Origin: Octopus vulgaris
Taxonomy: Eukaryota
Length of the DNA stretch: 64,000 bases
Direction: 5' to 3'
Assembly (NCBI GenBank): GCA_951406725.2
Contig: OX597824.1
Span: 53,072,001-53,136,000, forward strand
Shown: positions 12,393 through 26,096 of the stretch, piece by piece
Layout of the letters: the number at the start of each line of letters is the position of its first letter
Numbering within the stretch: the stretch's first letter is position 1
Made by a program: the position numbers and the translations under genes
Notes under the pieces: generated by a model
The model's database searches: none
What the model saw: the letters and a program-made list of their open reading frames with translations, nothing else
What the model was told of the DNA's origin: nothing

Positions 12393-14179
12393 CGTGTGGG
12401 GTGGGTGGAGATGCGCGGGGTGCGTGGAGTGCGTGGGAGTGATTGTTGGGGTGTGAATACCTATATAACAAATGTACATATATTTCATATATATTTGTGT
12501 GTAGATACAAAAGTTGATCTTTGTCGAATGTATGAGAATGAGGGTACTCAATACATGCTCTAGTTCAAACTGGATATTTACCTCGCAATATGAGCCGAAA
12601 TCTTGATTCGTGATTAAATGAATATCTAGTTTCAAAGAACTATACATAGATATAAATGGAAAATAGAACAGAGGCAGAAGACGGAATTCACGAGGTTCTT
12701 TATTCAAATCCACTACAGTTGTTTGGTGTCATTCCGCATCTGTACCTCACAAGTGAGATGCTGTGCAATCAATTGTCTGGCATCGCCGGTGCGGATTGCG
12801 TCGCCTCAGGTGACATTTCAAACAAGTACCTCACTCTTTCTTCTCTGCTTAGCGGTGTAACACTATTTAATAGACAAATTTACATATTAAACACATTCCT
12901 GGCAACTGGTACGTAAATATTAATTGCTAGCAAAGACTTGGTAAATATTTCAAGGAACGGGCTGACTAAAGAAATTTATTGAAAAAATGTTATATGGCTA
13001 AGCAATGTGAAATGTGAGCTTTCTGTCAAGTATCAAACTGTTGCATTTCATTTGAAAATGACAATGCTTTGGAATTATACCTTAATCTATTTCTTAGTCT
13101 GATCATATGGCATATTTCACTGTCATTTATTTATTTATTTTACTCTTTAACCGTTTCCATAAACAAGTATTATATACGGTGTTATATACGATGAATTGTG
13201 AATTCCCTTGAGCCTCAAGCAACTGATTAAATAAAAGTTACAGAAGTAGAAAACATTGTTTTTTCTTTATTTTCTGCTGCAGTAGCTCTCTTCTACCGAA
13301 CGTATCTTTAATACAATGCCACCATAACTTAAGCAACAATTGAGTGGGCCTTTGAAATAAACGGAACCTAGCACACTCACACACCTCACAAACACACACA
13401 TACACACACCTATATGCGTATATCTGTATGCTTCTATGTATTTGTATTCGCACTGTATTTTCTTATTTACTCAAATGACTCAATTTTCCTTGCCTAGTCC
13501 GACACTTAAATATGAGTCTGAACTCATATGTGAGTGCCGTTTTCAAATATGGAGGAAAACAATGTGAAAATACTTATACTAAAACAAATAGCGTTAACAG
13601 TAATTTCGAAAATAGAATTTTCCAGCTGACTCCAAAATATATTAACAAAGTGTGAGTTCTTTATATTAATTTCCATAAATGAATCTTTATGACTAATTCA
13701 TTCAAATTTACCCGAACGTTTTGTTACCATAAAATATTAATATTTGAATTAATTTTTTTAAATAATTAATTAAGAATTAATGTTTCCTTGTATTCAATAT
13801 CAAGGTCATATTCCTATTCTTGTTTTATGTAATCATGGCGACTGTCTCACATTCATGTTTGATTTCTTTTATTCCGTAACACATCATCTTTTACGCAGAA
13901 AAAATCAATAGTACAGTGAAATTGTGATTCAATAATACGATCAGGAGGTTTTTCATAAGACACTGTTAACTAAATTCCAACATATAACTATAGAAGCCTT
14001 CACATGGACAGTGGAGAGCAGCAATGGTTGAATAAAGATTGATCGTTCCACTCACACTTCGTGCATTAGAATCCAATAGCTAACAGCGCAATTTTCTTTG
14101 CAGAAGCTCTTAAAAAGCCCTGGTCTGAGTTGTATTGGACGAGAGTCATTGTATCAACTGATTTAAGACAACGAACAGG

Positions 14180-14385
14180 AAAAATGTTCAGAGCGTTGGA
14201 TAAAAATGCTTTGCAGTATTTGTCCCAGCTATTTAGATTCTAAGTTCGAAACACAACTACGTCAAATTTATCTTTCATCCTTTCTAAATCGATGAAATAA
14301 AATACCAGTCAAGTACTAAGGTCGATAGTATCGACTAATCTCTTCCATTTAAAATTACTGGCCTTGTACCTAAATCAGAAAGTAT
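14180..14385 (+). mobile_element. SINE family A, diverged
   Basis: AAATGCTT.GCAGTATTT...GTTCGAA...CTTTCATCCTTT...TACCAGTCAAGTACT..GGTCGAT...GGCCTTGTACCTAAAT. Confidence 0.72.
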
Positions 14386-15409
14386 TGATTTAACTGTTAT
14401 TGTACAAACTGTACAGCCTACTTGATCAGATATTAGTATTGTAGAATGAATACAGAAAGCATATTTATTTAACAGGTAATATTATCAAGCTAGCATAATA
14501 TATTTCATTCATTTTATTCATCTATTTATATATTTGATGTTTATTTGGTTTCTAAAGCGCCGTTCATCAGAGGTATTCAACAAGCTAATCCATGATTTAA
14601 TCCATTTTTGAGGGTGAGAGAGACAATGGTGGGCTTCACACGGGGAAAAACAAGGGACTTCCTTGTTTCTAAGGTTTTCTAGGCAATATTTATAAATCAT
14701 ATATATAAATCGACAAAGGATGCATAAATACAAACACGAGCGCAAATACAAAAATAGCACACACTCACGCACAAACACACAGACACATACATAAATGTGT
14801 GCGTGTGTGCTATGGTGAATATAGCCGAAAAGTCAAGAACTGAGCTTCGCAATGGCGAGGTCATTTCAGGCAACTTCCCTTTTCTGCAGCCTTTATGAAG
14901 AAATTGGATATACGGAAACTCTTCGGAAAGCTATTGGATAAACTATGCCTGTAATGTAACGCTGAAAATAATGTGGCTGTGGAATACGCAGTCAATTACA
15001 TGTGAACTCCATTGATCGAATAACTGAAAACTTAAGATCAGAAATTCCAACAATTCGGAAATACGTGGCTGCATTGTAAAGCAATAACGCAGCCCTTTTT
15101 ACACCCTGACATCTATCTCGAATTTGTTGCCTTGTCTTTTCTCTAGTAATTTTTGATGGTACAGTTGAAATAAAAGCAAACTTCCGAAAGATAAAAATAC
15201 GGTAGTTGAACACATTTTTAGTACGGTAGTTTAGTTAGTGTAGTTTAATATATATTCAAATTAGATACTTCTGCAATTTGTCAATGTCTGTATATATTTT
15301 GGCAATATGATGAGCACAGATTTTATTTTTAGCTCTGGTACATCTCTTCTTGATCTGTAAAAGTTGAGTAAGATGGCACTCTACTAAACTCTGTGTGTAT
15401 GTGTGTTTA

Positions 15410-15411
<2 letters not shown>

Positions 15412-15481
<70 letters not shown>

Positions 15482-15500
15482 CGTGCGTGCGTGTGTGTGT
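15412..15500 (+). repeat. (GT)n microsatellite
   Basis: Directly visible. Confidence 0.95.
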
Positions 15501-16186
15501 AGAGCGCTCAATGGAAAATATATTTATAACATCTGGTAGGGGCAAGTTCAAATTTTATTTCCCTTTCCTGAAGATGCTAATTATTTTTATTAGTTTAAAG
15601 TTTTTTTTCTTCATTTCGGTAGAAGATATCTTATCTAACTATTACGGAATTCACGTTTAATGAATTTTGCCGATTTAATAGTCGCGAATAAGGTGTGGAC
15701 ATCGAGAGAGAGAAGGATCCAGAAAATTCTACAAAATGCAGTGGCAAAATAATTTAATTTTGCGCCTGGTAGGCATTAAAACGCATTAAAATTGATAGAA
15801 AGAAGAGGTGCAGATTTAATAGGTGAGTTTATTTCAAAATCGTTCCAAGTCTGCTGTTTCTAAGAGCAGAGACATTTGTAATAAATACTAGAAGAAAAAA
15901 CGGTAGAACTTCCCTTGACGTTTGTAGTTGAAGTATGTTAAAAAGTAAATGACAAAGACTAAGAAACTGACATCTACTTTTATCTGTTTGCGAACATACG
16001 TTTATTTAAGATACATCATAAGCTTTCCTATTTTGACACGTATTTCACTTTCTCTTGTCTCCACCATCAAGCAGAAAAGATGCGTTATAAATGAAAAATT
16101 ATGTACATATCTTTAATTGAATAAGTATAATTAGCCTCCACCAAGAGCTACATTATTGTTCTTTCCCTGTTTATGATATAATGTAA

Positions 16187-16860
16187 GGTGATGGAATACT
16201 ATCAACATCAGCGGGTAATAGAAAAACACCTCACTGAGCCGTCTTTCTTCTGCGCCAAAACAAATACTAATGCCAAGGGACTGCACGATTTTCCCGCTGA
16301 TTACCCGCTGATGTTGATAGTCTTCCATCACCTTTTCTATTTCTTGTCCCTGAGCTGGTGCTATCCTCCAAGTCGGTTGCTTGAGTGGGCGATGATCCCA
16401 GGTGTCAATATGGCGCTTCACTAGATCCGTGCAACCAAGGTCTAGGTCTCCAGTAGAGAACACATCAGCATACCTCACTAGTAGCTGCTTCAACCGCAAC
16501 ATCTGAATGTCATCCACTTACTCCGACTTCCTCCGACTACACTCCTTCTGCAGGTACGCAGGCGACACTGCTCCTGGTCCACTGCCGGGCACAGTCCCAC
16601 AATTTGTCCTTTGCGAATTTTCTGTGCCACCCGTAAGAAATTAGCCGCCACAACTATCAGTACCTGTTTCCACTAGGACTCGTCTGACCATCCCTCCAGC
16701 CTTCATCTTGTACCGTCTGTCAGACTCCACCATACCCAGACAACCATCAAATGAGTCACTCACACTACACTGGAGCAGTAGCTCTGATCTCGGTGGTATC
16801 ACTGTCATCCGTAACGTTCTCACCTCACCACCAGCAGTGGTCCGTTTTATAGCCCTGACA
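16187..16860 (-). mobile_element. Gypsy/Ty3 pol fragment (protease-RT linker and RT N-terminus), inverted relative to the adjacent integrase
   Basis: LKQLLVRYADVFSTGDLDLGCTDLVKRHIDTWDHRPLKQPTWRI (ORF 16131-16517) and VIPPRSELLL (ORF 16641-16880). Confidence 0.85.
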
Positions 16861-16869
16861 GGGAGGGAC

Positions 16870-18330
16870 AATTGGCACAACTATGAGGTGCTGCACCGTC
16901 GAGGACAGGTACATAGCAACGCTGACAGTCTGAATCATCGGCCTTGTGACCAGGATTGCAAGCATTGTAGTGGAAAGGAAGATCGTAGCAAGAAGTGCAC
17001 CTGTACTGCAGTGACTGCGCATGTGTTGACTGGAGAAGAAATGAAGAAGAGACAGATGGAAAATGCAGACTTGAGTGGCCGCAACAGTGAGGCTATCTTG
17101 GGAAGAAATCTCCAGGACCGCCCCTGAGACTAACAGCTATTGAAGCCAGTGGAACTCACTTCGCCTGAACAACTGACTACTCCAGAGATGGCCTTAACAA
17201 GTATTGGCAACTAGTGATATCTAAGAAGATGAGACCTGAGTTATTAGAAGAAACTCATGATCTATTTATGAGTGGAAATTTGGGGGTAAAGAAAACTCTA
17301 AATCGGCTGCGGCAGAGATTTTACTAGATGGGCATGCGTAAAGATATTGAAGAATGGTGTCGTTCCTCTGATGTATGCTGCGCCAGGAGGGGACCCAAGA
17401 AGCGAAAGTGTACCCCTCTTCAGCTGTACCAAGTTGGTGCACCTATGGAAAGATTAGCTGTGGATATTGCTGGACCTTTGCCACTCGATGAAAGAGGAAG
17501 TTGTACATACGTATGGCCATGGACTACTTTACAAAGTGGCCAGAAGCCTATGTCATCCCTGATCAAGAAGCTACTACTGTTGCACAAGTGTTGGTTGACC
17601 AGTCCTTCTGCTGGTTTGGGATGCATCAGGAGCTATATTCCGACCACTGTAGGAACTTTGAATCAGCAGTGTTTCAGGAGTGTTGTAAGCTGTTGGGAAT
17701 TAAGAAGACCAAGACAATCCCATTGAGATCACAGTCGGACGGGATGATGGAAAAGTTTATTTGGACACTAGGGCAAGAACTAGCCAAGTATTGTGTAGAA
17801 GGACAGTTGGAATGGGATCTCAAGTTACCCACTTTGTTTATGGCATATCGTTCGGCAACGCATGAGTATTCTGGCTATACACATGCAATGCTGATGCTGG
17901 GCCATGAGATGAGACTCCTGGTTGACCTGTTGGTGGGAAGGCCACCAGTTGAAGGACTGCCTGGCGAAACCTCCAGCTAAATGAAATACCCGCAAGGGAG
18001 ACAGACAGAGGTACACCAGCATGTTATGGAAGCTCTAAAGTTTTCGAGTGGAATGATGAAACATCGGTATGATTCCAGGGCGAGCAAGATTAACTTTAAA
18101 GAGTGAAATGAAGTGTGACTTAATAATCCCCAGCGGAAGAAGGGCAGTCGTCGAAGCTGCAGAGTCCACTGGAAGGATCTTATACTGTGTTGAATCGAGT
18201 GTCCGACGTGACATACCGGATCCGAGGAGCCAAGAGGGCTCGTCCTAAGATTGTAAATGTGAACCGTCTATGAAAGGACTATGGGCCTGGTCAGTTCAGC
18301 TGAGACTCCCCTTGGAAGCTGGATATATCT
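16870..18330 (+). mobile_element. Gypsy/Ty3 RNase H end plus integrase pseudogene
   Basis: YEVLHRRGQVHSNADSL, Zn-finger region (GVKKTLNRLRQRFY...EWCRSSDVC), PMERLAVDIAGPLP, DYFTKWPEAY, SDHCRNFES, QSDGMME, GPY/F-like WEGSY. Stops and frameshifts present. Confidence 0.92.
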
Positions 18331-18451
18331 GTTGACGATGGTACTGGTGAAGGCCAAGAAAAAGGAGCGCAAGAGCAAGACAGACACTTTAAGGACTGAA
18401 GTTATAAATGTATACTTTTTTCGGGTCGGCAAAGGTCTAGCGAGGAGGTAG

Positions 18452-18941
18452 TGTTACAAAGGAGAAATAACGCTGTTGATCACGTGACTAACTTGAAGTA
18501 TGCTGCACGCTTTTCTTTGTTTTATGCGTCTTTGCTTACGAGGTGGACGATTTGAACAAGTAAAGGAACTCGGGGTGGGAAGTTGATGACGTAAAAAACG
18601 CGCGGTTTCAATTGGCGACGTAAAGAATGAGGAATGTGAAGATGACAGCGTAAACAAACAGTAAAAGGAAAGTCAATGTGAAGTTGGCAACGAAAATAAT
18701 CTGTGTAAAGATATGATGCGACCAGTCAAAGTGAACCCGAGCGACGAAGAACCACGTTACACAAGACATCCAGCCAGTTACTACTACTCCTTCTACTCTA
18801 AGCAAGTTGGCTTGCTGGGCTGTTCTGCGGTTTTCAGTTGCTCACTTGGTTGTTAGAGCCATGTTCGTGTCAGGAAGCCGCAGTTTCGCAACAATAGATT
18901 TTACAGGGATCTCTAATATACTGACCTTGCTTCTGGTTACA
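18452..18941 (+). mobile_element. Probable 3' LTR of the Gypsy element (~490 bp)
   Basis: Purine-rich AGCGAGGAGGTAG immediately before TGTTACA at 18452; ends GGTTACA at 18941. No second LTR in the window to confirm. Confidence 0.6.
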
Positions 18942-19261
18942 CACCCTCCCTACAAATACGTGTACACTGTGCCTTGTAAAATATATTGACATTGCTAATT
19001 GTTATGATCGATTAGATATGTTATGATTGATTAGACTTCTACTTATATAAAGGAGGCAATGTAATTAACACAATCTCCTTTATATCAATAAGTCCTAAAA
19101 TAATCAATTTTAACTTGATATGACATAAATTTTCTTTAATAGATGTTAGGAAAGCAGTCAATAATTCGCTTGTTGTAAATTCAGTAGCACTTATTTTATC
19201 AAATTAACCAGACTGAAAGGTAAAGTCGAGCGCAACTCTATCTGACCTGGTTAACTTAAAG

Positions 19262-19760
19262 CAGTGGTTTCCAAACTCTTTTGGATTGCCACCTCCTTGG
19301 TTACCAGACCACATTCCTAGGGCCCACAACCACATCACCATAAACATCGATCGCTTTCTACTGCAAATTGAAGAAAACTCTATTTTACAAATAAAGCTTA
19401 ACCTAGTTAACCCATTATTTTGCTATTTTTGCAATATGAAAAAATATATTTGCATTTCCCATGTAACTACAAAGTTTTGCATATTTTTATTGCTATGGAT
19501 GTACTTTGTGCAATGATATCAGCTTCCCAACATCAGACTGAAAGACATTAAGAAACAGTCTTAGATCCCCGCGTTTAATTTTTAGTATGGGTTTACTTGG
19601 CTTAGAAAGAAGCTGATCAGCTGTACGAAACCCCGCTCTACTGAATATTACATTGAGGAGGCTATAAAGTACATCTTCATTTTGTTCCACGGTGCAAGGT
19701 AACAATCAGAGATGACCTTTTGCAATAAAAAATTCTGGTATGATTTTTTAAACTTTCGCC
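19262..19760 (-). mobile_element. hAT (Buster/Charlie-type) transposon 3' end
   Basis: Terminal CAGTGGTTTCCAAAC at 19262; transposase C-terminus RGDLRLFLNVFQSDVGKLISLHKVHP on the minus strand. Confidence 0.75.
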
Positions 19761-19859
19761 TCAGTTCAGTATCAAAAACCATTGCCCCCGCCAAAATGTC
19801 AAAGCATTAGATTGTTGGTAAGAAAGCTAGCGAATGTGTACGACAATAAAGAATATAAC

Positions 19860-20460
19860 AACAAGAATTTAACAAGAATATAACAACAGGTGTCTTGTGA
19901 CTGAGGACGAATCAAATTGAGCTGGCATGTATGAAGTGAAATCCTTAAAGCAAGAACATAGGAGATGGACATAAGAGGTGTTGGCGGTCGGCAGTCAGGC
20001 CAAGAAAAAAGGATCATGGCTGGCCTAATACCGGTCACGTGGAAGGAGGAGAAAGGGGTAGGGGCAGCGGGATCGGATGATTAGAAAAAATCGAAGAGAC
20101 AAAGGGAAAGGTACAGGAGAGATAAAAGAGGAGGAAAAGTGAGAGTTAAAGAAAGAGAGGGCCAAGAAATGTGAGAGAGGGGAAGCGAGAAAAAGAAAGA
20201 GGAAGAAAGTATGAGGGGGACTAAAAGATAGAGTAAAAGAATCGTACAAAATTTAGAAAGATACTTACTATAAGGTGAGCAAAAGTGTATGTACACTGCT
20301 ATATGTCTATATAAATATAAAAAAATGGAACAAAAACATAAAAGAGTACGATAAAACATCCGCATAGACAGACGATAGAAAGGCGGACAGGGAAAACAAC
20401 AATTAGAGAGACAAGAAGAAAGGACGGGTCATTCGTGGCCACATGTCCTCACAGTTTTGG
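19860..20460 (-). repeat. Interspersed repeat (probably Penelope pLTR-related), paralogous to 28490-28940
   Basis: ACAACAGGTGTCTT.GACT.AGGACG.AT.AAATT.AGCTGGC.TGT.T.GAAGTGAA and ACCGGTCACGTGGAAGGAG are shared with 28500-28690, followed by a shared purine-rich stretch. Confidence 0.7.
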
Positions 20461-20576
20461 GCAGTTACACTTGAGACTGTTCGATCTGGTTGCCCCTCAA
20501 AAAGTCGTCCTCTATTGCGTTTTTGTTGTCTATTTATAATTATTTATACATTTCGCGGCGTACGTACACATACACA

Positions 20577-20617
<41 letters not shown>

Positions 20618-20632
20618 ATATATATATATATA

Positions 20633-20822
20633 TGGGGAGAGTTTACGAAAAAAACAACGAACGATGAAGACAGGTGGTGTACAAAACAAACAGATGTATT
20701 AGTATAACGCTCAGGAATAGAAAAAGTTTTTTACGTTTCGAGCCTACGCTCTTCTACAGAAAGGGACACAGAAAACAAGGAGAGAAAAAATGTGTGTAGT
20801 GGCTAACGATCTATCATGGCGT
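20633..20822 (-). mobile_element. Short Penelope pLTR-like repeat with a variant minimal hammerhead, between microsatellites
   Basis: Minus strand 20763-20728: TTT-CTGTAGA-A-GAGC-GTAG-GCTC-GAAA-C-GTA-AAA. Related to 35622-35815. Confidence 0.6.
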
Positions 20823-21260
20823 CTGTATGTATGTATGTATGTATGTATGTATGTATGTATGTATGTATGTATATTTTCAAAAATGTTACTCCCAGCGTTC
20901 ACTATTTTCCTCTCGTTCAGGTCTAACGATCCTCCATGTTTGTTGTCATTCGCTTTCCTTGTATGTCTCCACTCTCATGTTTTTGTTCCCCGCTTTGACC
21001 CTCCATAAATCCTAAATTTTATTTTAGAATTTATGGCCGCAACTTTTTGAAGACTCATATTGTCATTGAATGCTCGAAATGAGGAGTAGATAGAAAGTCA
21101 ACAACTGACGAAGGGTGAATTCTCTGTGTTTACTTGTTCTGTTTTCCAGTTTTTCTTGTTTACGTATGTAACTTGTTTTTTTACGTATTCCATGTTATTT
21201 GCACCGTTGGTGACGACCTGTACCCACATATGCATATATATATATATGTATGTATGTATG

Positions 21261-21316
<56 letters not shown>

Positions 21317-22159
21317 ATAAGGAAGGGGACAATATAGGCGTAGACGATCTTTTAATCCAAAGTTGGTACAAATCCAGTAAATATTCTACAAATTGTCTCC
21401 AAGCCTAATTCATTCCAAAAACAAAGCGAAAAAATAATCGCTTTGAATTAGGCTTTCCTTCAGGAACTCATCATTGGAATGAATAGGCTCGCCCAACATA
21501 TATGTGTGTGTGTGTGTGTGTGTGTGAGTGAGTGAGTGTGTGTGTGTTATTTAGAGATAGCAGTCCCCATCATCACACCATATAAAAGAATTTTAATTTA
21601 ATACTTACTACTCATTTCTAAATCTCTGCTATACGTTGTTTTTGAGGTTCTTTTACGGTTCCTTAAGCACTCAGTTCGATATCAAATAGTATATTTGAAT
21701 TTTAACAGATAAGTATGCGTATGTGCAAATATATTCGCCGAACCTTACTGTGCAAGCCATAATTTAATTCAAATAAAATTAATATAAATAATAAAAGTAA
21801 AATTAATAAAAATAAAAAATTTACAAAAACTAAATTCTCACGTAACTTATGTCTGTAAATATTCATATAAAATTAATAATATGTAGGGATAAAATTAAAA
21901 TATATATTTGTGATGATATAATAATGAAAGCAATGACAAATAAATATATTCGAATAAGAACTATAGTTAAAAGTGGACATACATAAATACGAATGACAAA
22001 ATGCAAAAAGAAAATTTACAAATGATACGAATGATAAAAATTCAAAATTTACAAAGTAAAAATTAGAGCGTAATAACTTAAGAGTAACGTAAAAGAAATG
22101 TAAAAAATATCGTAAAAAATATGTATGTACAAACTACCGTTGACTACCACAGTCCTATT

Positions 22160-23116
22160 ACGTATATATATGGGATCGTGGATTCATCAGTAAAGACATT
22201 TGTTGGACCAAAAGCTGAGCCAAACTATATAAAGCTTTCATTTAGAAGGTCCAGAAATAGGCGTACCTTTTCAAACTTGTCCTTGCTGTCGAGTTCATTG
22301 TTGTCTACTGCATGAAAGTATTTCCTTATCTCAAATTTGTTTCTTCGCAATGAACTGGCTACAAGCTCATTTCGAATATGATTCGGTTTCCCAGTATAAA
22401 CGATGGCGAGAGAGCGTGTTATACTCTCACCTTCATCCCGCTACTTAGTAATTGGAATGTATGATTTCCTTTTAGAGCTGCAAACAAAACAGTATACTTG
22501 GTAAGTTCTATGACGGTATCGTCTAAGAAGAGCGCAAATATTTCATGAGGTTGCCGAGGTGTGTCAACAATAGAAAGCCTGTAGGGGCAACTTGTGACTT
22601 CCTCTTTCTGAGGGCACATCCTCCACACTCTAGTGCTTGGTCTTTTTACGCTTACACTTTTTTGTCACTGATGTGCATAGCCTAGAGTTACGTGCTTGCC
22701 GTTGCGATAACGCAACACCCTGTTAACGTAGGGTACCCATTATTGCGTTTACGCATCATCAAAAAAATTTATTTTTACGTTTTCATATGAACTACTTCAA
22801 GTTGGTAAAACTTATAGATATTTTTCTTTGTCATCAGGTTCAAAACATTAAATAGCTTGAATTAAAATATGATATACAATACTTACTTGAATTTGTGAGA
22901 AGACATGGTGACTTAAAATTTCACTGTATTTAGATTAAACGTTATGATAAACTTTCACAATCTCGAAGTGAAGGACAGTATGCAACTGTTAGCTACGGGT
23001 ATCGACTACCTACTGAATGTTTCGCATGCTCAGTCAGATGCTTCCCGACGAGTTCATGTCCAAACAAGTAGGAGCAGGTCTTGCGTTGCGAAAATGCAAC
23101 CAGTGGTATATATGGG
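22160..23116 (-). mobile_element. piggyBac (PGBD3-like) transposon left end and degenerate transposase N-terminal half
   Basis: TTAA|CCC terminus on the minus strand (GGG 23114-16, TTAA 23117-20); PHEIFALFLDDTVIELT, RLYWET, RNELVASSLRRNKFE, YFHAVDNNELDSKDKFEKVR, DESTIPY. Confidence 0.82.
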
Positions 23117-25040
23117 TTAATAGCAAACTACAAGAAGATGACTTCCAAACACTAGCAAATATCGCAGATGTATAGTTTAACAATATTGTGACGTTACTCT
23201 CAATTTGCAATTATGACGTTATAATTAGATTAAACCGTGCTGGATAACGCTTTAATACCTGACGTACATAGGGCATATGTAATAAACAAAATTTTCGCCT
23301 GATTTATCTCGTTTCTGCGGGTTTCCCCCCGCTTTCAAAGCAAACTATTACAATACACATGTAACTTGAATTTACCGCCTAAGAAAATTATTTATCTGTT
23401 TGCTCTTAAGAAATATTGTAAATTATAGAAAATACCTTACCAGGCCTAATATTCTAAGAAAAACGAAATTCGTATTTTTACTTTATATTCGGTGGCAAAA
23501 CTACCCAGCTGTTACGTGTGCCCAGACGCTTGGTGATGCCAAACTTTTAACACTGCCGCAAATCAATATGGTGCGTATTATTAACTTTTTGATGTGCAGA
23601 AATACTTTATATAAGGGGTAAGGGGAGTGTGCCTTTTCTTTTCTTTTTTTTTTTTTTTTGCAATGTTAAGTTTTCCCAAAGGCATTTGCGGTGTAAGTCA
23701 TTTGAAAAGGTAATAAGCAGAATCAACACTGAGTTGTGAACTCTTGGAACTCATCAAAACATTTCTTCGCTAGTCACAAAGGCCCTATCTTTTAAGGGTA
23801 ACAGAAAAGGGAATGTGTGAACTTCATGCATTTCCAAAACGAAAGTGGAACAAATTTGCATCTAGCTAAAGTTGAAATTATGTCGTTCGAGGAACTAACT
23901 GAAAGCTCAGTTCATGTTTTATGAAGCTTCCTGCTATCCTGAAGTATACCAATCCTGTGTATTTCTATCGCTACCCTCTACGACTCCTGGATCTGCACAC
24001 TATCGGGATGGGGATCCGTATTAAAGGTACTATTTTTGACTTACATTGGGAAAAAATTAGAACTTAATTTGCCAATTTCTTTTACAGATAAGTACCCAAC
24101 TTAGAAGATAAACTTCCCAACGGAGTATGTTATTCCTTATAAAGTTAATGATTAAAAGATTCACATGTACCTATGTATTCAAGCCTTTATAGCCAGATTG
24201 TAGAATCACCCACTAAACGGGTAGTAATTATATGATGCTGAAGTGATTCTAACCGGGATCATTGTATCGTATGTATCCCTAACGCGCGCAGAAAACTATT
24301 TATTATTTCTCAGTTCCGAAATTAAGTTTTAATTATCTCTAATATTCAAGCTGTAATTTATAGATTTTTTTTCACATTTATGTACATACATATTTGTAGA
24401 CAGGATGAGAGAGTGATTTTTTCGTTATATGACTGTCAAGATTTGCATGAAACAGAAACCAGCTGGCAAGCAGAGTTGTATGATTTCAGTTCTCTCCACT
24501 GAAACCAGAAAGAGACGGAAATATTAAAATGTTTCACGATAAAAAGTAAATGAAACAAAACTTTAAAAACTGTTGCAAAATGCCACATTAATTGCTAAAT
24601 AATTCAAGCAGGCAGCAATAGAGAGTAGCATCAAACAAAAATGGTAATTTTACCATCGAATGAAACGAGTTTCAAAGTTTTCATCTATTTTCTTAGATGT
24701 CTCATTATTAATATTGTTATTATTATTCATTTATTTATTAATAACTTGTTTTTTATTTTGCATTATATTTATAATTTATAGCAAACACAATGGAAAGAGA
24801 CAGTAAAATTACGAACACACATGCATACACACACACGCACACACACAAACACACTCACTCACACACACACAACATCAATATAACTTAATGATCTTCATGT
24901 TTTTATACAATAAATATTAAAGATCACTGAATGACCTTTAAAGTCATAATGACAGTCTATTCTGATCGGTAATGTTTTCCATTACATCTTCATTCAAATA
25001 TCTGATTGAAATATTGTTCTCTCTCCCCACCACCAGCACC

Positions 25041-25089
<49 letters not shown>

Positions 25090-25215
25090 ACATACACACA
25101 CAAATACACACACACACACTCACGCATATATTTGTCAATATGTACAAGTGTCAATGTTTGAAAATATCTCTGTCAATCTCCTTATTTCTTTCTATCTCTC
25201 CTCTCTCTCTCTCTT

Positions 25216-25247
<32 letters not shown>

Positions 25248-25717
25248 TCATGAATATCAAAGGAGAACCCAAGCGAAGTTTGCTGAGAAATCAATGCTAC
25301 TATCAGGTCGCATCAAGAGGGTCATACAACACACTCGGTCGTAGTTAGACAACTTGAAATACGCTCTTCAGATTGTGTATCTAGAACAAGGAAGACCTGT
25401 AAAGATTCTTTTTCGGTGAGTATATGTGAAACGACCAGAACAAGCAATACAAGTAAATGCGATATTAATGTCAATTTGACCATGTTTCCAGTCGCCGCAA
25501 CATTTAATCCGTGCTTAAACATGTAATCTATTTCCAGACTGGGCGATCGGATTACTAAAGATTTAAACATTTTTGTTCAGTTGTGGGTAACAGGTTGCAA
25601 ACCTTAATGTCTTCGGTCTCCTTGACATCACTTCTAACTATTCAACCAACCACCATCTTAAAGTACGCACACACACACACACACACACAAATATATAGAA
25701 ATATATACACACGCGCA

Positions 25718-25840
25718 CTACTACTGTCGCTGGTGCTGCTACAGCTACTGCTGCTATTACGACTACTACGACTACTACTACTACCCCTGATTCTTCTTCT
25801 GCTGCTACTACTACAACTGTTACTGCTACTGTTGCTACTG
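25718..25840 (+). repeat. Degenerate (CTA/CTG)n trinucleotide repeat
   Basis: Directly visible; gives the poly-L/poly-S ORFs. Confidence 0.85.
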
Positions 25841-26096
25841 GCATGGTTCAGTTGTGCCAAGATTTTGTTTCGATAACTCTCCCTAATTTACAATAGAACT
25901 GGAAGAAGTTCGGTCTCTAAAAGTATTTACATTCTTATTGCACTCTCTAAGGCAAAAATGTTTGCATTTTTGGGTTTTTATTTGTTTTTAAGAAAGAAAG
26001 TAAAACTAACAAGTTAAAACAACTACCAAATCTTAAAAATACAAAAGAAAAATACGTATCAAATAACACACAAACAAATGACAAGAAATAAAAAGA

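Noticed and set aside
14543-14575. CTGATGA...GAAAC on the minus strand
   Set aside because: Stems II and III do not pair; at best a very decayed relic.
25371-25414. Possible micro-exon (CTCTTCAG ... GTGAGT)
   Set aside because: Splice-like signals only; no recognisable protein and no partner exons.
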